The notes beneath the pieces were generated by a model. The model worked only from the letters and a program-made list of their open reading frames with translations. It had not been told where the DNA came from and did not search any database. This document shows positions 18,201 to 28,857 of a stretch of DNA of 64,000 nt, piece by piece (the first letter of the stretch is position 1; the number at the start of each line of letters is the position of its first letter). The stretch spans positions 416,001-480,000 of the forward strand of contig CAVXGK010000001.1 of NCBI GenBank assembly GCA_963761305.1. Direction: 5' to 3'. This stretch comes from an uncultured Gemmatimonadaceae bacterium (GTDB taxonomy: Bacteria; Gemmatimonadota; Gemmatimonadetes; Gemmatimonadales; Gemmatimonadaceae). The position numbers and the translations under genes were made by a program.

Positions 18201-18351
18201 GAGGGGAATATGGGGCGGGCGTGTCCCCGGGTGAAGGTTGTGGCGGACCGGCGCGGAACAGTCGCAAGACGGCCCGCCGACAACTGTAAGAATCGTGTCC
18301 GGGAACCGGCGATCGGAAAACTTTTTCGGCTCGTCCCCCGTCTAAGCCTCA

Positions 18352-21081
18352 ATGCGACGACTCCTCCTCATTTCGCCGCTCTTTTTTGCGGCCTCGATCG
18401 CCTCGGCCCAGGCGACGATCTCCGCCCAAGCCCCCGCCGAAACGCTCGCCTACGGGCACAAGGTGCCGGTCCCCATGGCGGTCGCCGTGAAGCGGAACGG
18501 GCCGGTGGTCCTCGACGGCAAGCTGGACGAAACGGCGTGGCAGGCGGCGACGCCGATCACCGAGTTCCGCCAGATCGACCCGAACGAAGGCGAGAAAGCG
18601 TCGCAGCGCACGGAAGTGCGCTTTCTGTTCGACGACGATGCGCTCTACGTCGGCGCCAAGATGTACGACACCGAGGGCGGCAAAGGCGTCATGACGCGCC
18701 TCGTGCGGCGCGACGCGACATTCGACTCGGACTACCTCGAGCTGGTGATCGACAGCTATCACGATCATTTGAGCCGAGCATTCTTTGATTTGAATCCGTC
18801 GGGGTCGAAGGGCGACAATATCGGGATCGGGACGTCGTGCTGTGACGCGTCGTGGGATCCTATATGGGAAGGCGTGACCCACATCGACGAAGACGGCTGG
18901 ACGGCGGAGATTCGCATTCCGTACAGCCAACTGCGCTTTCCACGGGCCGAGCTGCAGACGTGGGGGTTGCAGGTGCGGCGCTTCATCAAGCGCAACAACG
19001 AGCAGGATCAGTGGTCGTGGTGGGGCAAGACCGACGCCGGCGGTCCGCCGCGGTTCGGGCATCTCACCGGCATGCAGATCCCCGCATCCACTGGACACCT
19101 CGAGCTGCTGCCCTACGTCGTGACCAAGTCGTCGGCCGTCGCGACGGCGTCGGGCGATCCGTTCGACACGCACGGCCGTCCGACGCTGCGGGCGGGGCTC
19201 GACCTCAAGGATCGTTTGACGTCGAACCTCACACTCGACGCGACCTTCAATCCGGATTTCGGGCAGGTCGAGGTCGATCCGGCGGTGCTCAACCTGTCGG
19301 CGTTCGAGACGTTCTACCAGGAGAAGCGCCCGTTCTTCGTCGAGGGCTCGCAGGTGTTCGACTTCGGCAGCGCGGGTTGCAATTTCTGTAGCAACGCCGA
19401 GTTCATGAGCGCGTTCTATTCACGCCGCGTGGGACGCGCGCCGACGGGCGCGTCGCTGGCCACCGACCCAAACCTCTACGCCGACGTTCCTGACGCCACC
19501 ACCATACTCGGCGCGGGCAAGATCACCGGACGAACGTCGAGCGGATACACGATCGGTCTGCTCGATGCGCTCACGGGTCAGGCGAACGCACGGATCGAGA
19601 CGTTGACGGGCGCGCGAGGCAAGCAGGAAGTCGAGCCGCTGGCGAACTACTTCGTGGCCCGCGTCAAGCACGACTACGACGACGGGAATCTCGTCGTCGG
19701 CGCTGTGGCGAGCGGCATTCAGCGCAACATCGACACGACCTTCGCGCCGCTTCTCGCGCGCCACGCCGAGATGTACGGCAACGACATTTATTACACGTGG
19801 AAGCAGCAGATGTACGCGTTCCAGGCGTCGGCCGCGGTGACGAACGTGTCGGGGACGCCGCAGGAGATTCTGCTGCGCGAGGAGTCGAGCGCGCGGTATC
19901 TGCAACGGCCGGATCGCGGCGCGGGGTCCGGCGGGTTCCTGTCCAATCGACTCGATTCGAGCGCCACGTCGATGGGCGGAGCCGGCGCCTATGCGCGCGT
20001 GTCGAAGCAGACCGGCGATTGGTTCGGCGAGCTTCAGACCAACATCCGCACGCCCGGCTACGAGACCAACGACTACGCGTTCCAGCAGCGCGCCGACTAC
20101 ATCTGGTTCAACGGCAATATCGGCCACATGTGGACGAAGCCGACGAACTGGTATCGTCAGATCGTCACGATCGCCGGCGGGCAGGACCAACACAACTTCG
20201 AGGGCGATCGTACGCAGCAGCAACTGCACGCGTACTGGTCGGAGACGACGCCACAGTTCTGGAACGTGACGGTCTTCGGGATCCACCGACCGGCGGTGTT
20301 GGACGACAAGGCATTGCGAGGCGGACCGGATGTGCTCGACCCGCGCGCCGAGTACGCCGAGCTCGACGTCTCGAGCGACTCGCGCACGAAGCTGATCGGT
20401 AACGCGAGCATCAGCCGCTACTCCGACGCGGGCGGGACCCTGACGCCAGCAATGTCGCTGAGCGCGACGTACAGGCCCGCGTCGAACATCAGCATGTCGC
20501 TCGGCCCCTCATGGAATCCCGCACGCACGCCGACGCAATACGTGCAGGCGATCGCTGACACGACGGCGAAAGCGTTTTATGGAACGAGATACGTTGTCTC
20601 GTCTCTGCGGCAGCGGACGCTCGCTCTCGACACACGATTGAACGTGACGTTCTCGCCGACGATGACACTCGAGCTGTACATGCAACCGTTCTTCGCGGCC
20701 GGACATTACTACGACTTCAAGGAGTACGTCGGGCCGCGCACCGACATCACCGCGACCTACGGCCGAGACCGAGGCACGATCGCGGCGACGCGAGATGCGA
20801 CCGGAACGATCTCGACCTATACCATAGATCCGGACGGCACCGGGCCGGCCGCGCCGTTCACGATCGGCAATCCCGATTTCACCGAACAGTCGCTGCGCGG
20901 CAACGCTGTGTTCCGGTGGGAATATCGGCCGGGCTCCGTGCTGTACGTGGCGTGGACGCAGTCGCGGCTCAACGACACGGCGTTCGGCGATCTGGAGTTC
21001 GAGCGCGACCGGAGCGCGCTGCTCGCCACTCGGCCTGACAACATCCTGCTCGTCAAAGCCAGTTGGTGGTTGCCGAGGTAA
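18352..21081 (+). CDS. CBM9-like + DUF5916 outer-membrane protein
   Basis: Signal peptide; LDGKLDE..W, WTAEIRIPYSQLRF, NPDFGQVEVD, EKRPFFVEG. Confidence 0.85.
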   Translation: MRRLLLISPLFFAASIASAQATISAQAPAETLAYGHKVPVPMAVAVKRNGPVVLDGKLDETAWQAATPITEFRQIDPNEGEKASQRTEVRFLFDDDALYVGAKMYDTEGGKGVMTRLVRRDATFDSDYLELVIDSYHDHLSRAFFDLNPSGSKGDNIGIGTSCCDASWDPIWEGVTHIDEDGWTAEIRIPYSQLRFPRAELQTWGLQVRRFIKRNNEQDQWSWWGKTDAGGPPRFGHLTGMQIPASTGHLELLPYVVTKSSAVATASGDPFDTHGRPTLRAGLDLKDRLTSNLTLDATFNPDFGQVEVDPAVLNLSAFETFYQEKRPFFVEGSQVFDFGSAGCNFCSNAEFMSAFYSRRVGRAPTGASLATDPNLYADVPDATTILGAGKITGRTSSGYTIGLLDALTGQANARIETLTGARGKQEVEPLANYFVARVKHDYDDGNLVVGAVASGIQRNIDTTFAPLLARHAEMYGNDIYYTWKQQMYAFQASAAVTNVSGTPQEILLREESSARYLQRPDRGAGSGGFLSNRLDSSATSMGGAGAYARVSKQTGDWFGELQTNIRTPGYETNDYAFQQRADYIWFNGNIGHMWTKPTNWYRQIVTIAGGQDQHNFEGDRTQQQLHAYWSETTPQFWNVTVFGIHRPAVLDDKALRGGPDVLDPRAEYAELDVSSDSRTKLIGNASISRYSDAGGTLTPAMSLSATYRPASNISMSLGPSWNPARTPTQYVQAIADTTAKAFYGTRYVVSSLRQRTLALDTRLNVTFSPTMTLELYMQPFFAAGHYYDFKEYVGPRTDITATYGRDRGTIAATRDATGTISTYTIDPDGTGPAAPFTIGNPDFTEQSLRGNAVFRWEYRPGSVLYVAWTQSRLNDTAFGDLEFERDRSALLATRPDNILLVKASWWLPR

Positions 21082-21115
21082 ATCGCCGGCTCTCGGGACT
21101 CGGCGAATCTACGCG

Positions 21116-22429
21116 TCAACGCAGAAAACGAATTGCCGCGACCAAGTCTCCCGAATCGAACGGCTTGCAGAGAAACGCGTTGCAGCCGGCGTCGATGGCG
21201 GCCGTTCGGGTGCCCGGCGTCGCGTCGGCGCTGATCGCGATCACCGGCACGCGACTACCGGCGGCACGGATCGAGCGCGTGGCGTCCAGGCCGTTCATTG
21301 ACGGCATGAGCAGGTCCATCACGACGACATCGAACTTGGATTGCTCCGCCAGCGCGATGGCCTCGCGCCCATTGGCCGCATATTGGAGGTGAGCGCCCTC
21401 GAGTCCCAGCGCGCGACCGATCGCCACCCGCAAATCGGCGTGGTCCTCGGCAAGAAGAACCTGGAGACCGACGAGGGTTGGCGCCGCGGCCGGCACGCGA
21501 TCCGAGTCGCGGGAAGACGCGCGATTCTCCTCCGCGACTCGCGCGACAGGCGCGCCGATCGTGATCCTGAACGTCGTGCCGCGGCCAACTTCGCTCGCGA
21601 CCAGCTCGAGGGAACCGCCCAATTGCTCGGCAAGCCGGCGAGAGAGGGCGAGGCCGAGTCCCGTTCCGCCGTGCACCCGCGCCACCGCGTCCGCCTGACC
21701 GAACGGCTCGAACAGGCTCGCTATCTGATCGGGCGGGATACCGATGCCTGTATCCGCCACGTCGATCCTCAGACGCTCGCCGTCGGCCGCATGATGAATC
21801 CCCAGCGAGATTCGAATTTCACCGGACGACGTAAACTTCACGGCGTTGGCGATCACGTTCACAAGAATCTGACGCAGTCGCAACCGGTCCGTCGAAATCA
21901 TCGTCGACGACCCCATCTCGAACTCGATCCGGACGGCGACTCCTTTCGCGCGAGCGTCCTGCTCGAGGCTTCGGACGACTTCCTGCACGAGCTCCAGCGG
22001 CGAGACGGGCTCGCGCGTGAGCACGATCCGGTCCGCCTCGATGCGCGAGAGATCGAGCACGTTGGCGACGAGTGAGAGCAGCGCCTGGCAATTTGCGCGG
22101 AGCCTCGACATGAGGTCGGCACGGTCGGCGTCGCTGAGACGATCGTGGACGAGCAAGTCGGCGATGCCGAGGATGGATGCGATCGGCGTGCGAATCTCGT
22201 GGCTCGCCGTGCGCAGAAAGGCCGTCTTGGCCTGGCTCGCGCGCGCGTTCGCCCAGCGGAGCTCGTCCGCCAGGACGTTGATGCCATAGGCGATCGCGTC
22301 CAACTCGTCGCGTGACGGCGAGAGCGGGATCATCTCCGTCTCGTCGCCCGCGGCCATCCGCTCCAATCGCTCCAACAGCGCCGGGAGTCGTCGTGCGTCG
22401 AGCACCGGCGTCGGCCTCGAACCGATCAA
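21116..22429 (-). CDS. Cytoplasmic hybrid histidine kinase/response regulator
   Basis: SHEIRTP H-box, NAVKFT, DTGIGI, GTGLGL; receiver with VVMDLLMP. Confidence 0.92.
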   Translation of the reverse strand: MIGSRPTPVLDARRLPALLERLERMAAGDETEMIPLSPSRDELDAIAYGINVLADELRWANARASQAKTAFLRTASHEIRTPIASILGIADLLVHDRLSDADRADLMSRLRANCQALLSLVANVLDLSRIEADRIVLTREPVSPLELVQEVVRSLEQDARAKGVAVRIEFEMGSSTMISTDRLRLRQILVNVIANAVKFTSSGEIRISLGIHHAADGERLRIDVADTGIGIPPDQIASLFEPFGQADAVARVHGGTGLGLALSRRLAEQLGGSLELVASEVGRGTTFRITIGAPVARVAEENRASSRDSDRVPAAAPTLVGLQVLLAEDHADLRVAIGRALGLEGAHLQYAANGREAIALAEQSKFDVVVMDLLMPSMNGLDATRSIRAAGSRVPVIAISADATPGTRTAAIDAGCNAFLCKPFDSGDLVAAIRFLR

Positions 22430-22803
22430 GCGATATGCTCCCTCAACCAGCGTGTCGCCTCGTCGGCGTTGGTGAACAGTCGCGTCGGGATGCCAGCGCG
22501 GGCCACGCGAAAATAGACGTTCCCCATCATCCGGCCAAGGGGAGTCGCGTCGACGAGAAGGCCGAGTGCGGTGAATCCATCGACCAGGACCTGGCCCGAA
22601 TAGTAGTGTCGCACTTGCGCGTCGAGCGGTTGGCCGCCGCGAATGTCGATGAGGAGCGGCCTCCGTTGTCCTCCGCGCGTCGCCAGCGCGGCCGCCAGGT
22701 TTTCCTTCGCGTTGTCGAGCGTCTGTTTCGCCGTCGGCTGAATCCAGACCGTGAGCACGCCGTCGTCGCCAAGCGCCACACGTGCCGTCTTCGTTTCACG
22801 CAT
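22426..22803 (-). CDS. Small STAS/SEC14-like protein coupled to the kinase
   Basis: PLLIDIR...VRHYY...PTRLFTN.DEA..WL; 4-nt overlap with kinase start. Confidence 0.7.
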   Translation of the reverse strand: MRETKTARVALGDDGVLTVWIQPTAKQTLDNAKENLAAALATRGGQRRPLLIDIRGGQPLDAQVRHYYSGQVLVDGFTALGLLVDATPLGRMMGNVYFRVARAGIPTRLFTNADEATRWLREHIA

Positions 22804-22985
22804 CCGATCGATGCTTGATTCAGTGAGAGTGGTGGGGGCCAGCGGGGGAGGAGGACCAGCTCGCGTCCAAATAGACAACGGCCATGCGGCGCCCGAAAGA
22901 AGCGGCGACGTCGGCACCGTCAGCCGCCAATGTTGCGTCGGCCTGTTCAGGCCGCCACACTTCAGGCGTCCCCCTCTCCCACAAA

Positions 22986-25580
22986 ATGCGACTTCGACTT
23001 CTCTTGGCCGCCGCGGCCCTCGCCGCAGCGTGCAGCAAGCCCGCGCCGGCCCCAGCGCCAACCCCGGCGCCGACCCAGCCGACCAATCCGAACGCCGGCC
23101 GCGGCGGTCCGCCGCCCGGCAATCCGCAATTGCCGGGCGGCCTGCCGGCAGGCTTGGATAGCCTCGCCGGCCGCGGCGGAATCACGCCGCCGACTCCCGC
23201 GCCGCGGCCGTACAATCGCGTGATCACGGCCGAGGCGAAGACGCGGGTGGGGATGTTCAAGGTGCACAGAGTTGGCGATCGGCTGTATTTCGAGATTCCT
23301 AAAAAGGAGCTCGACAAGGACGAGCTGGTCGTCGGCCGTCTGGCGCGGGCAGCGGCGGGGAATCAGACGCCGGGACCGGGCAATCCGGGCTTCGGCGACT
23401 ACGCCGGCGACGAGTTCGGGTCGCGGACGTTGCGTTGGGATCGCGCCAGCAATCGCGTCATTCTTCGCTCGCCGTCGTACGCGATCAGCGCCGACACCGG
23501 CGCGGCGGTGTTTCGCTCGGTGCAGAACTCGAACTACGCGCCGATCATCGCGACGTTCAACGTCGAGGCGTACGGGCCGGACAGCGCGCCGGTCATCGAC
23601 GTCACACGACTCTTCACGACGAGCATTCCTGAGTTCGCGGCGATTCGCGGTGCGCTCGACCCGACGCGCTCGTACGTCGAGCGCGACATCGCGTTCCCGG
23701 ACAACATCGAGATCGAAGCCACGCAGACCGGTACGCCCACCCCCACGCCGACGCTCGGCGCTCCGGTCATCCTCGGCATCGCCCCGCGTCCGGCGCAGAG
23801 CGTGATCGCGCACTGGAGCATCGTGCGTCTGCCCGAGCATCCGATGAAGCCGCGCTACGCCGACGAACGCACCGGATTCTTCACCGTCGGCACGGTGGAC
23901 TTCAGCACGAGCGACCAGGTCGCGAAGCGCAAGCGATACATCACGCGCTGGCGGCTCGAATGCTCGGACCGCAAGCAGGGCAATCTCTGCTATCCGAAAC
24001 AGCCGATCGTCTATTACGTCGATCCGGATACGCCAGACGCGTGGAAGCCGTGGATTCGGAAGGCGATTCTCGACTGGCAGCCGGCGTTCGAGGCCGCGGG
24101 CTTCAAGGACGGCATCATTCCCGGCGACGTGCCGGCGAACGATCCGGATTGGTCGCCGGAAGACATCCGCCACACGATGGTGCGGTGGCTGCCGTCGACG
24201 GTCGAGAACTCGGTCGGTCCGAGCGTGCAGGATCCGCGCACGGGTGAGACACTCAATGGCTCGTCGATGATCTTCCACAATCTCATCGAGCTGATGGAGT
24301 TCTGGTATTTCACGCAGGCCTCACAGGTCGACGTGCGCGCCCGCACGATCCCCTTCCCCGACTCGCTCATGGGCAGGCTGCTCGAGTGGGGCGTGGCGCA
24401 CGAGATCGGCCACACGCTCGGCCTCCAGCACGACCAGATCGGCAGCTCGACGTATCCCGCCGACTCGATGCGGAGCCCGAGCTGGAACAAGGCGATGGGC
24501 CACAGTCCGAGCATCATGGACTACTCGCGCATGAACTACGTCGCGCAGCCCGAGGACCACGTCGCGCTCGACGACCTGCTCCCGCGCGTGGGCCCGTGGG
24601 ACAAGTATTCGATCATGTGGGGCTATAAGGAAATCTCGAACGCCCGCACGCCGGAAGACGAGCGCGCCACGCTGGAGAAGTGGTCGGACATGCAGGACTC
24701 GATTCCGTGGTACCGCTTCTCGGCCGGGAATCCGTTCGGCGGGTATGGGACGCTCAGCGAGGCGGTGGGTGACGGCGATCCGGTGAAGTCCACCGGGCTC
24801 GGGTTCAAGAACATCGCCCGCGTCATGAACTACGTCGCCAGCGCCGGTACGCGTCCGGGCGATGACAATACGCTGTTGCAGAATCTCTACGATCGCACGG
24901 TCGGGCAGTGGGCAACCGAGGCTGCCCATCCCGCGACGATGATCGGCGGCGGGACGGTCGTCTACAAGTCCGGAACGCAGAAGGGCAGCGTGTTCACGGC
25001 CATCTCCAAGCCGCGCCAGCAGGCGGCGATGCGATTCCTCAACGACAGTGTGTTCACGACGCCGACGTATCTGATTCGCCCCGACATCGCGGCGCGCATC
25101 GAACCGGGCGGGATGCTGACGCGCATCGGCAGCGCACAGAACCGCGTGCTCGCCCAGGTGCTCGTGGACCAACGGCTCAACTTCCTGCTCGACGGCGAGG
25201 CGACGGCCAAGAACCAGAGCGACGTCTACACGCTGGCCGACATGCTCGACGACCTGCAGCGAGGGATTTGGTCCGAGCTGTGGAATCCCGCGCCGAAGAT
25301 CGACCCGTACCGGCGCGCGCTGCAGGACAACTATTTGACGCAGATGAACGCCAAGCTGAATCCGTCAGCCGCGCAACTGGCGCAGATTCAGCAGCTTCAG
25401 GCGCTCGGGATCACGATCTCGCCGTTGGCGGAGGACGCGCGTTCGGAGATTCGGGGCGAGGTGGTGGCGCTGCGAGACAAAGTGCGCGCGGCCGAGGCGC
25501 GGACGACGGACCGCGAGACGAAGTTGCACCTGGCGGGGGTGGATCATCGGATTGGGGACATACTCGATCCCAGGCGATAG
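22986..25580 (+). CDS. Lipoprotein zinc metalloprotease (DUF5117/DUF4953, EcxA-like)
   Basis: Lipobox [21 protein letters not shown] Met-turn. Confidence 0.9.
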   Translation: MRLRLLLAAAALAAACSKPAPAPAPTPAPTQPTNPNAGRGGPPPGNPQLPGGLPAGLDSLAGRGGITPPTPAPRPYNRVITAEAKTRVGMFKVHRVGDRLYFEIPKKELDKDELVVGRLARAAAGNQTPGPGNPGFGDYAGDEFGSRTLRWDRASNRVILRSPSYAISADTGAAVFRSVQNSNYAPIIATFNVEAYGPDSAPVIDVTRLFTTSIPEFAAIRGALDPTRSYVERDIAFPDNIEIEATQTGTPTPTPTLGAPVILGIAPRPAQSVIAHWSIVRLPEHPMKPRYADERTGFFTVGTVDFSTSDQVAKRKRYITRWRLECSDRKQGNLCYPKQPIVYYVDPDTPDAWKPWIRKAILDWQPAFEAAGFKDGIIPGDVPANDPDWSPEDIRHTMVRWLPSTVENSVGPSVQDPRTGETLNGSSMIFHNLIELMEFWYFTQASQVDVRARTIPFPDSLMGRLLEWGVAHEIGHTLGLQHDQIGSSTYPADSMRSPSWNKAMGHSPSIMDYSRMNYVAQPEDHVALDDLLPRVGPWDKYSIMWGYKEISNARTPEDERATLEKWSDMQDSIPWYRFSAGNPFGGYGTLSEAVGDGDPVKSTGLGFKNIARVMNYVASAGTRPGDDNTLLQNLYDRTVGQWATEAAHPATMIGGGTVVYKSGTQKGSVFTAISKPRQQAAMRFLNDSVFTTPTYLIRPDIAARIEPGGMLTRIGSAQNRVLAQVLVDQRLNFLLDGEATAKNQSDVYTLADMLDDLQRGIWSELWNPAPKIDPYRRALQDNYLTQMNAKLNPSAAQLAQIQQLQALGITISPLAEDARSEIRGEVVALRDKVRAAEARTTDRETKLHLAGVDHRIGDILDPRR

Positions 25581-25605
25581 TCGAACAACTGACGGCGTAA
25601 CGGGT

Positions 25606-25709
25606 GAAGGGCGCAACGGCCGAAGGGCGCAACGGCCGAAGAGCGCAACGGCCGAAGAGCGCAACGGCCGAAGGGCGCGACGGCCAAAGAGCGCAACGGC
25701 CGAAGAGCG
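25606..25709 (+). repeat. 16-mer tandem array (GAAGRGCGCAACGGCC) x6.5
   Basis: Direct inspection. Confidence 0.95.
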
Positions 25710-25792
25710 GTAACTTCGAGACGGCGGCAAGGGCGTAGCAACCGGCCGCCCGTGCCGTGGCGTCGGAGTCGCCGCCTCTTCGAGGTTGGCGT

Positions 25793-25995
25793 CGTTTGGC
25801 CGTTGCGCCGTTTGGCCGTTGCGCCGTTTGGCCGTTGCGCCGTTTGGCCGTTGCGCCGTTTGGCCGTTGCGCCGTTTGGCCGTTGCGCCGTTTGGCCGTT
25901 GCGCCGTTTGGCCGTTGCGCCGTTTGGCCGTTGCGCCGTTTGGCCGTTGCGCCGTTTGGCCGTTGCGCCGTTTGGCCGTTGCGCCGTTTGCCGTT
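25793..25995 (-). repeat. 16-mer tandem array (CGTTTGGCCGTTGCGC) x12 + partial, inverted relative to the previous array
   Basis: Twelve identical units; reverse complement shares GCGCAACGGCC with the first array. Confidence 0.95.
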
Positions 25996-26015
25996 AAAGC
26001 AGCTGATATATAATC

Positions 26016-26753
26016 ATGTCGATCGATCGCCCCATTCTGTCTGTTTCGATCTTGGCCGTGGGCCTCGCGCTCGGCGGCCTGCTCGCCGGCAACGGCTTCG
26101 CGCGCGCGCGAGCGGCTGACCGGTACGTCACGGTCAAGGGTGTGTCCGAACGCGAGGTGCGGGCCGATCTGGCGATTTGGCCGCTCCACCTCGTGGGTGC
26201 GGACAACGATCTGGCGGCGGCGAACGGGAAGCTCAGTACGAGCATCGGCGGCGTGCGCGCGTTCCTCGTCCGGCATGGGATCGACACGAGCCAGATCCAG
26301 ATGACCGAGTTTTCGGCGACCGACGCGTACGCGAATCAATTCATGTCGGACCGAAAGCCCGCCAACCGGTACATCGTTCATCAGACCGTGCTGGTGCGGT
26401 CCAATCGTCCCGATCAGGTGCTCGCGGCAAGCCAGCAGATCAGTGAGCTGGCGGCGGTCGGCGTGGTGATCTCGTCCGGCGAGGGTGAGGGCGGCGATCG
26501 TGGGGGACCGACGTTCGTCTTCACGCAGCTCAACAAGCTCAAGCCGGAGATGATCGCCGACGCGACGGCGCGGGCGCGTGAGGCGGCGACACAGTTCGCG
26601 CGCGACTCGCACAGCGACCTCGGCGCGATTCGTCAGGCGAATCAGGGGGTGTTCGAGATCCTGCCGCGCGACGAGGCGCCGGGGATCAGCGAGTCGAGCC
26701 AGATCGCGAAGGTCGTTCGGGTGGTGTCGACGATCGACTACTACCTGAGATAG
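26016..26753 (+). CDS. SIMPL-domain (DUF541) periplasmic protein
   Basis: VTVKGVSEREVRADLAIWP, LNKLKPEMI, ANQGVFEI, KVVRVVSTIDYYL. Confidence 0.9.
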   Translation: MSIDRPILSVSILAVGLALGGLLAGNGFARARAADRYVTVKGVSEREVRADLAIWPLHLVGADNDLAAANGKLSTSIGGVRAFLVRHGIDTSQIQMTEFSATDAYANQFMSDRKPANRYIVHQTVLVRSNRPDQVLAASQQISELAAVGVVISSGEGEGGDRGGPTFVFTQLNKLKPEMIADATARAREAATQFARDSHSDLGAIRQANQGVFEILPRDEAPGISESSQIAKVVRVVSTIDYYLR

Positions 26754-26839
26754 GATCCGTCGCCAGGATCCTTTTGGTCGGTACGGAGTACATCGCGCCG
26801 TGGCTGGCTCCCCCCCGACCTTCACGATGAGAGGTTAGT

Positions 26840-27244
26840 GTGGCGCGAAGTCTCACCAGTGTTTGCGGCCTGGCGTTGGCATTGGCATTGACCGGGTGGA
26901 CCACGGCGTGCGGCGGCGCCGGCGGATCGGCGGTCACCGAAACGAACACTCCGCAACCGACGGCCATCAGGCTCGACTCATCGGCCATCACCGTCGCCGT
27001 GGGCGCGAGTCATCCGCTGGTCGTGACGGTGACCGGCGCGGGCGGCATGGTCCTCACGAAAGCGCCCGTCTCATGGAATACGCTCAACGGCACGATCGCG
27101 TCGGTGTCCCAGAGCGGCGTCGTCCACGGAGTGTCCGCCGGTATGACCCAGGTTACCGTTGTATCGGGCCCGACGATCGCGCTCACGATCGTCAGAGTCG
27201 TCCCCACGCCGTCCGCCGCCCGGGTGTCGTTTGCGGTGAGGTAG
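26840..27244 (+). CDS. Ig-like (Big_2) lipoprotein
   Basis: Lipobox TAC; VSW....IASVSQSGVVHGVSAG.T. Confidence 0.7.
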   Translation: MARSLTSVCGLALALALTGWTTACGGAGGSAVTETNTPQPTAIRLDSSAITVAVGASHPLVVTVTGAGGMVLTKAPVSWNTLNGTIASVSQSGVVHGVSAGMTQVTVVSGPTIALTIVRVVPTPSAARVSFAVR

Positions 27245-27286
27245 CGCACGTTTCATCGCGGTGGGTTTGCGTATCTTGAGATCCTG

Positions 27287-27646
27287 ATGAGAATCTCGGC
27301 TGTTGTCGTCGCGGTTACGGCCGTCGTCGGTGGCTGTAGCAAGACCACTGCGCCGAAGACCGAGTCGTCCATTGACTGCGCCGTCGGTGAAGTCCGCGCT
27401 TCACCGGCCGAGGCGACGCTGCACCCGGGCGACACGGTTGGCGTACACGCCATTGTCTCGTTCTGCCCCGGCGACCCGCTTACACCGACGTTCCTCTGGC
27501 GATCGAGCGACACGAGCGTCGCGATCGTGGACTCGGTGGCGGGCCTCGCTCGGGCAAAGAGCGCCGGCAGAGCAACGCTCGTCGCCGCCGCTACGGTCAA
27601 TCCGCAAATCAGCGTGGCGACGGTGCTGACGGTCGTGCCGCAGTAG
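27287..27646 (+). CDS. Ig-like (Big_2) lipoprotein
   Basis: Lipobox VGGC; WRSSDTSVAIVD..GLARAKSAG. Confidence 0.75.
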   Translation: MRISAVVVAVTAVVGGCSKTTAPKTESSIDCAVGEVRASPAEATLHPGDTVGVHAIVSFCPGDPLTPTFLWRSSDTSVAIVDSVAGLARAKSAGRATLVAAATVNPQISVATVLTVVPQ

Positions 27647-27680
27647 CCACGGCTGTCCTGATTCTTTGCACAAGCGTGCG

Positions 27681-28254
27681 GTGAACATCGAGGTTGTACC
27701 CGAAGACTCCCGGTCGCTCGCGTCGTACGCGTCGATCACTATCGCATATCCAGTCGACTCGACGCTCGACGTAGACGTCTTGGAGGCCAGCGGCGGTTCG
27801 CACCTCGAGTCGCGACCGGTCGATCGCCCGTATCTCAAGGACTACGACGCGTACGCCGGCAACAGCCCGCTCGACTGGCCAGCTCGGTTCAACGTCTCGG
27901 CGTGGGGGTTGTTTGGTGCCTTCATGGACGGTCGGCGTGTCGGCGGCGCGGCCGTCGCGAATCGTGATCCCGGCGTCGATCTTGTCGGCGCCGACGATGA
28001 TGTCGGCCATCCTATTCGATCTACGAGTCGACCCAGCGGCGCGGCGCAGCGGTGTCGGCAGCGCCTTGCTTCGCGCCGCCGAAGCGTGGGCGAAGACCCG
28101 CGGTCTCCGTCGACTCATCGTCGAGACGCAGCACGTCAACGTGCCAGCCTGTCGTTTCTACGCCAAGCACGGATTCACGCTGGACGCCGTGAATCGGGGC
28201 GCGTATCGTGACTTGCCTAACGAGATTCAACTCCTCTGGCGCCGCGACGTGTAG
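27681..28254 (+). pseudogene. GNAT acetyltransferase (SatA-like), frameshift near 28005
   Basis: PYLKDYD N-half and AILFDLRV..RRSGVG..VETQ.VNVPACRFY C-half join on removing one G. Confidence 0.8.
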
Positions 28255-28273
28255 TGATCCTCGAAAGGACGTT

Positions 28274-28798
28274 ATGGACTTCGACTTGACGAACGGCATC
28301 GCGGTTCTCGAGCGCACGCCGGCGACGGTGCGCGCGATGCTCGACGGACTTCCGGCGGCATGGATCGACGCGGACGAGGGGCCGGACACGTGGAGCCCGT
28401 ACGTCATCGTCGGCCATCTCATCCAGGGCGAGCGGAGCGATTGGATTCCGCGCGCGAAAATCATTCTCGCGCAGGGGCCGCAGCGGCGATTCGAACCCTT
28501 TGACCGAAACGCGCAATTCCGTGAAAGCGAGGGGAAGTCGCTTGCTCAATTGCTCGATGAATTCACGCGACTGCGCGTGGAAAATCTCGCAACGCTCGCC
28601 GATTGGAACATCACCGATCGAGAGCTCGCGCTCGAGGGAGAGCACCCGGCGTTCGGGCTCGTCACGCTTCGCCAATTGCTCGCCACCTGGGTCGTCCACG
28701 ACCTCGGGCACATCGCACAGGCGGCGCGCGTGATGGCGAAGCAGTACAAGAGTGCGATCGGGCCGTGGCGGGCGTATCTTCCCGTCGTGGACAGGTAG
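28274..28798 (+). CDS. DinB-family protein
   Basis: LERTP, TWSPY.IVGHL, WVVHDLGH. Confidence 0.9.
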   Translation: MDFDLTNGIAVLERTPATVRAMLDGLPAAWIDADEGPDTWSPYVIVGHLIQGERSDWIPRAKIILAQGPQRRFEPFDRNAQFRESEGKSLAQLLDEFTRLRVENLATLADWNITDRELALEGEHPAFGLVTLRQLLATWVVHDLGHIAQAARVMAKQYKSAIGPWRAYLPVVDR

Positions 28799-28826
28799 AC
28801 GGGTGGACCGGTGGACCGGTGGACCG
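28794..28826 (+). repeat. 8-mer GGTGGACC array x4 starting at stop codon
   Basis: Direct inspection. Confidence 0.9.
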
Positions 28827-28857
28827 CCAAACGGCGCGACAGCGAGGAGAGCCTCAC

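Noticed and set aside
25606..25995. Possible CRISPR array
   Set aside because: Units are contiguous 16-mers with no unique spacers, and no cas genes are in the window
25365..26825. ORFs translating the repeats (PLRRLAVAPFGRCAVW..., NGATAKRR...)
   Set aside because: Artefacts of stop-free tandem DNA; no RBS or domain; overlap real genes
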